Positions 33,357-35,766 of a stretch of 35,766 nucleotides of DNA are shown here, one piece after another. Origin of the DNA: a virus. How positions within the stretch are numbered: position 1 is the stretch's first letter; each line of letters begins with the position of its first letter. The position numbers and the translations under genes are program-made. The notes below the pieces were generated by a model that did not search any database, was not told the DNA's origin, and saw nothing but the letters and a program-made list of their open reading frames with translations. The stretch is from IMG/VR virus record IMGVR_UViG_3300045988_100376. One strand, 5' to 3'.

Positions 33357-33464
33357 ATGGATTATAAAAAATACATAATCGAATTGATAAATAAAATCGA
33401 AGATGAAAAAACATTGAAAAAAATCTATGCAATAATAAATCGAATTTTTGTGAGAGGTGGGTGA
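33357..33464 (+). CDS. 35-aa ORF MDYKKYIIELINKIEDEKTLKKIYAIINRIFVRGG (candidate SOS-induced antirepressor)
   Basis: ggggtga lies 7 nt upstream of the ATG. Sits downstream of the LexA-box promoter and ends in a terminator stem. Below the ORF-track cutoff. Confidence 0.45.
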   Translation: MDYKKYIIELINKIEDEKTLKKIYAIINRIFVRGG

Positions 33465-33482
33465 CCACCTCTTTTATTTTTC
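33453..33482. terminator. Hairpin agaggtgg/ccacctct with a T-run on the + side, shared by convergent genes
   Basis: Read directly from the sequence. The repressor stop codon lies in the T-run. Confidence 0.7.
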
Positions 33483-33836
33483 TTTCTCAAAGATTTCTTT
33501 CAAGAAGTTTTTGAATATCATCTTATCTTCGTGACTTAATTTCAAATATGTTTCAATAATTTGTTTGTCGAGGTCATCAAGGTTAAATTCTTCTGACAAT
33601 TCATCAAGTATGTAATCCTCATCATCTTCAAACATTTCGCCCTCGCCCTCGGTAAGCCACATAAAGTTTACCCTGTACTCTTTGCAAACCTGTTTGATAA
33701 ATAATTCTTTGGGTTCAACAAGTTCATTTTCAATGTTTTTAATGACACTTCTCGAAACTCCGACACGCTCTCCAAACTCTGTTTGTGAGAGTTTTTTTAT
33801 TTTTCGCAGAGTTTTAAAACGCTCGCTTATGCTCAT
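33474..33836 (-). CDS. CI-like XRE-family repressor without a peptidase S24 domain (120 aa)
   Basis: LRKIKKLSQTEFGERVGVSRSVIKNIENE is the HTH. The C-terminus is acidic and helical. ATG at 33836 is 8 nt after gaggtga. Divergent from the early promoter. Confidence 0.8.
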   Translation of the reverse strand: MSISERFKTLRKIKKLSQTEFGERVGVSRSVIKNIENELVEPKELFIKQVCKEYRVNFMWLTEGEGEMFEDDEDYILDELSEEFNLDDLDKQIIETYLKLSHEDKMIFKNFLKEIFEKEK

Positions 33837-33877
33837 TTTATGTATCACCTCGCTGTAGAATTTTATCTGATGTATTC

Positions 33878-33906
33878 ATTATATACGGTATCCAATGGCT
33901 TGTCAA
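33878..33906 (-). promoter_or_regulatory. Consensus promoter TTGACA-17-TATAAT for the repressor gene
   Basis: Reverse complement of tgtcaa (33901-33906) and of attata (33878-33883). Confidence 0.65.
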
Positions 33907-33950
33907 GCCCAAAAAACAAAATATTTTTATTAAAACAGGGTTGACAAGCC
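33897..33950. promoter_or_regulatory. Two operator copies: GGCTTG-T-CAAGCC (33897-33909) and GGTTGACAAGCC (33939-33950)
   Basis: One copy overlaps each -35 element of the divergent promoters. Confidence 0.6.
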
Positions 33951-33969
33951 GTATTTTGAGGTATATAAT
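33941..33969 (+). promoter_or_regulatory. Consensus early promoter TTGACA-17-TATAAT
   Basis: ttgaca 33941-33946, tataat 33964-33969. Confidence 0.7.
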
Positions 33970-33999
33970 GGGTTTACAGACCAATAAGGAGGTGAATTT

Positions 34000-34158
34000 A
34001 TGATTTATACGGACAAAGCAATCGAAAAAGAAACCGAGCGGCAGGATGTCAGATGTTTGTACGAAGAACTCTTGAAAAACGCAACAACAGAACAGAAGGA
34101 AAAAGCTTATATAGCAGCAACAGCGTTCTTGCTCGGTGCACAGCAGAAAACAGCGTAG
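34000..34158 (+). CDS. 52-aa first early ORF
   Basis: aaggaggtg lies upstream of the ATG at 34000. Below the ORF-track cutoff. Confidence 0.5.
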   Translation: MIYTDKAIEKETERQDVRCLYEELLKNATTEQKEKAYIAATAFLLGAQQKTA

Positions 34159-34175
34159 GAAAGGAGGCGAGAGCA

Positions 34176-34463
34176 ATGTTTTACAATGAACTTGACTATT
34201 TGGACGATGAAGAAGATGAGACAATTTGTTCAAGCAAAATTCCAACCGAGGACGAATTAGAAGATAATCTAAACAAAGTTATTGACGAAAAGCTACTTCA
34301 TTCGTTCTATCTGCTTGGCAAGTATGATGTCAAGATAGAGAGAGCATACCGAGAGGGTTTCAGGAGCGGTCTTGCACTGACTATTTCGGTTACCGCTCTA
34401 TTATTATCACTGGTGGCATTAATATGGAAACTACAGACAATATTAACGCTATTACCGAAATAA
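34176..34463 (+). CDS. 95-aa protein with an acidic N-terminus and a C-terminal TM helix
   Basis: aaggagg lies upstream of the ATG at 34176. TM segment LALTISVTALLLSLVALIW. Confidence 0.5.
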   Translation: MFYNELDYLDDEEDETICSSKIPTEDELEDNLNKVIDEKLLHSFYLLGKYDVKIERAYREGFRSGLALTISVTALLLSLVALIWKLQTILTLLPK

Positions 34464-34710
34464 TTATCGGGACCCAAAAACGGATTTTTTCTTTTCTGCG
34501 GTATAGTAAAAACATTTTCCCTTTTTTAGAAATACAGTAGTATTTAGGATCGGGTGAATAGTCAATAAGATGATAACGCAACAAGAAAGAATATTTTTCT
34601 TTAAATTTATAGTCAACATCTTGTTTTAAAAGTTTATTACCTTTATATAAGAACCTAAGTATTCTCACTTCTGATTTATCAAGAATGAGGTCTTTATGAG
34701 AAGTTGACAT
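34390..34710 (-). CDS. 106-aa protein: possible winged-helix-like N-terminus plus a C-terminal TM helix
   Basis: Own promoter TTGCTT-17-TGtTATGAT (34735-34763). RBS aaggggg. TM segment WVPIIISVIALILSVVSIL. Confidence 0.55.
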   Translation of the reverse strand: MSTSHKDLILDKSEVRILRFLYKGNKLLKQDVDYKFKEKYSFLLRYHLIDYSPDPKYYCISKKGKMFLLYRRKEKIRFWVPIIISVIALILSVVSILMPPVIIIER

Positions 34711-34734
34711 AGTGTGCACCCCCTTTCATAGTTA

Positions 34735-34763
34735 ATCATAACATTTAAGGTCGTGTAAAGCAA
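34735..34763 (-). promoter_or_regulatory. Promoter TTGCTT-17-TATGAT with an extended -10 TG
   Basis: Reverse complement of aagcaa (34758-34763) and of atcata (34735-34740). Confidence 0.5.
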
Positions 34764-34818
34764 TAAAATATCGAAAAGCAGGTGAGAAAATGGGATTTTT
34801 TAATAATTTATTCAACAT

Positions 34819-34854
34819 AAAAAAAGCACCAACAGTCACCAAGACTGTCAGTGC
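34819..34854 (-). terminator. Intrinsic terminator for the 186-aa gene
   Basis: - sense: gcac-uga-cagtc-uuggu-gactg-uug-gtgc, then UUUUUUU. The stop codon lies inside the stem. Confidence 0.55.
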
Positions 34855-35408
34855 ACCTTATGTTCCGCCTTATCCTTTAGAAAAAGATTTTTATACTTTT
34901 GATAAGGTAGAGTGGAGCGGAGCGTTACCACCTCATTCAATGACACTTTCTTTTGTACTTCCTTATTCCGATTGGTGCGAATTTGAAAAGTCAGACCTTT
35001 ATCGAGATTTGGAGAATTATCTTCAGGAATTACAAAAACGAGGTAACCCGAATGAGAATGTAGGCATTCAAGATTGATAGGCAGATGTTCATTGTATGTC
35101 GGAACATACTCATCAACACCTTTTGCCTTGTGATGATAAGAATTAACTTCGTGGGTGTTGTAATCTTCGGTGTACTCTATGCCGTTCAGAACTAATTGAA
35201 TGTCGGTAACAGAAATAGGCAGTTGCGATTTATTGTTAAGTTTATAATGAATGAAAAGTCTTTTCTTTCCCTGCACGCCTAATTTGTATGCGTATTCAAG
35301 CATTGTGATTTCCAAATTCACTTTGTGCGAAACAAAATAGTTAATCAGGTTTATTAAAGATATTAAAAAGCCTGCAATGCCTAAAATACCACTAATTATT
35401 ACCCACAT
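34848..35408 (-). CDS. 186-aa membrane-anchored protein (N-terminal TM, beta-rich ectodomain)
   Basis: Promoter, RBS aaggag, TM segment MWVIISGILGIAGFLISLINLINYF, terminator. Confidence 0.65.
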   Translation of the reverse strand: MWVIISGILGIAGFLISLINLINYFVSHKVNLEITMLEYAYKLGVQGKKRLFIHYKLNNKSQLPISVTDIQLVLNGIEYTEDYNTHEVNSYHHKAKGVDEYVPTYNEHLPINLECLHSHSGYLVFVIPEDNSPNLDKGLTFQIRTNRNKEVQKKVSLNEVVTLRSTLPYQKYKNLFLKDKAEHKVH

Positions 35409-35428
35409 ATAATCAGCTCCTTTGCTTA

Positions 35429-35457
35429 ATTATATCATCAGCAAAAGAAATTTACAA
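35429..35457 (-). promoter_or_regulatory. Promoter TTGTAA-17-TATAAT with an extended -10 TG
   Basis: Reverse complement of ttacaa (35452-35457) and of attata (35429-35434); tga precedes the -10. Confidence 0.6.
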
Positions 35458-35486
35458 CACAATCAAAACTAAGGGGGTGAGATAAG

Positions 35487-35600
35487 GTGTTTATCCTTGA
35501 ATGGTTAATGAAACACCCGATTTTTACATCTATTGCAGTATCCCTGATATCATCAGTGTTATCAGCGTTATTAGTATGCTTGATAGTGTTGACACAATGA
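35487..35600 (+). CDS. 37-aa hydrophobic peptide (GTG start): MFILEWLMKHPIFTSIAVSLISSVLSALLVCLIVLTQ
   Basis: aaggggg lies 9 nt upstream. Single TM segment. Below the ORF-track cutoff. Confidence 0.35.
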   Translation: MFILEWLMKHPIFTSIAVSLISSVLSALLVCLIVLTQ

Positions 35601-35654
35601 CGGGTATTGCTACGGAGTTTATCAAAAACTCTTTATAAATGAGGTGAAGAAAAG

Positions 35655-35766
35655 ATGGAAGTAATAATAATTTTAGGACTACTAATGCTTTGCACAGCTT
35701 TTGTTTCAGCAGTATTAGCAATAAAAATAGTAGCCGCCCATTTGTATAAAACAATAGACAGCTACC
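35655..35766 (+). CDS. 5' part of the 57-aa small membrane protein that continues across the junction (equivalent to 1-147)
   Basis: gaggtga RBS, ATG at 35655. The frame is continuous with frame 1 at the window start. Confidence 0.5.
   Translation, partial: MEVIIILGLLMLCTAFVSAVLAIKIVAAHLYKTIDSY
35682..35766. repeat. Terminal direct repeat, identical to 1-85
   Basis: Direct comparison of both ends. Confidence 0.95.

Noticed and set aside
33163-33378. 71-aa + strand ORF in the track
   Set aside because: It has a non-ATG start with no RBS. It runs straight through the LexA-box promoter and into the 35-aa ORF in another frame. The region is better explained as regulatory DNA.
33838-34245. 135-aa - strand ORF covering the switch region
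   Set aside because: It spans both divergent promoters and operators and lies antisense to the RBS-led early ORFs. It has no RBS and a Cys/Phe/Leu-rich composition typical of antisense artefacts.
34790-35077. 95-aa + strand ORF (MGFFNNLFNIKK...) with a plausible RBS, fully antisense to the 3' third of the 186-aa gene
   Set aside because: Its residues 10-22 are encoded by the stem and U-tract of the - strand terminator. The opposite-strand gene has a promoter, RBS, TM helix and terminator. This is most likely a shadow ORF. I cannot exclude it without translation data.
35530-35754. 74-aa - strand ORF
   Set aside because: It lies antisense to two RBS-led small + strand ORFs. It has no RBS, and its Leu/Ile-rich sequence is the mirror of hydrophobic coding on the other strand.

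Overview
The window is a complete temperate siphovirus-type phage or prophage genome. The first 85 bp (1-85) are identical to the last 85 bp (35682-35766), so the unit length is about 35,681 bp, circular or circularly assembled. Strong AGGAGG-type ribosome binding sites, a Gram-positive LexA (Cheo) box, a lipoprotein signal, and an amidase endolysin with a PG_binding_1-type C-terminus point to a Firmicutes (probably Clostridia) host; this is inference.

Modules in order:
- Early/replication genes on the + strand, 283-9789: excisionase-like HTH, DUF1351-like protein, RecT, MBL hydrolase, HNH-like protein, replisome organizer with internal iterons, DnaC-like loader, VRR-NUC, PAPS-reductase-like protein, DUF1492 late regulator.
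- An AT-rich single-gene insert, 10058-10909, with its own terminator and a possible own promoter.
- Packaging, head and tail genes, 10981-27648. These are interrupted by two cassettes bounded by terminators and by a C-terminal cargo domain on the MuF/gp7 protein.
- Lysis genes, 27915-29478.
- A Dam-type methyltransferase plus XRE cassette, 29489-30686.
- attP, then the integrase on the - strand.
- An accessory island between integrase and repressor, 32087-33482.
- The genetic switch, 33474-33969.
- A second accessory patch of - strand membrane-protein genes, 34390-35457.
- A run of tiny hydrophobic ORFs that crosses the circular junction.

I recognised no tRNA, rRNA, CRISPR array or transposase.

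Most interesting candidates:
1. A NYN-domain RNase gene with a leader containing a terminator-like hairpin and a convergent sRNA candidate overlapping its 3' end.
2. A protein resembling nucleoside 2-deoxyribosyltransferase or TIR domains, sitting behind a promoter-terminator unit laid out like lambda PR'-tR'.
3. A promoter containing a LexA box that drives a 35-aa ORF convergent with a repressor lacking an S24 peptidase domain.
4. A MuF head protein carrying a JAB/RadC-like C-terminal module.

All domain calls come from motifs read by eye, not from database searches.
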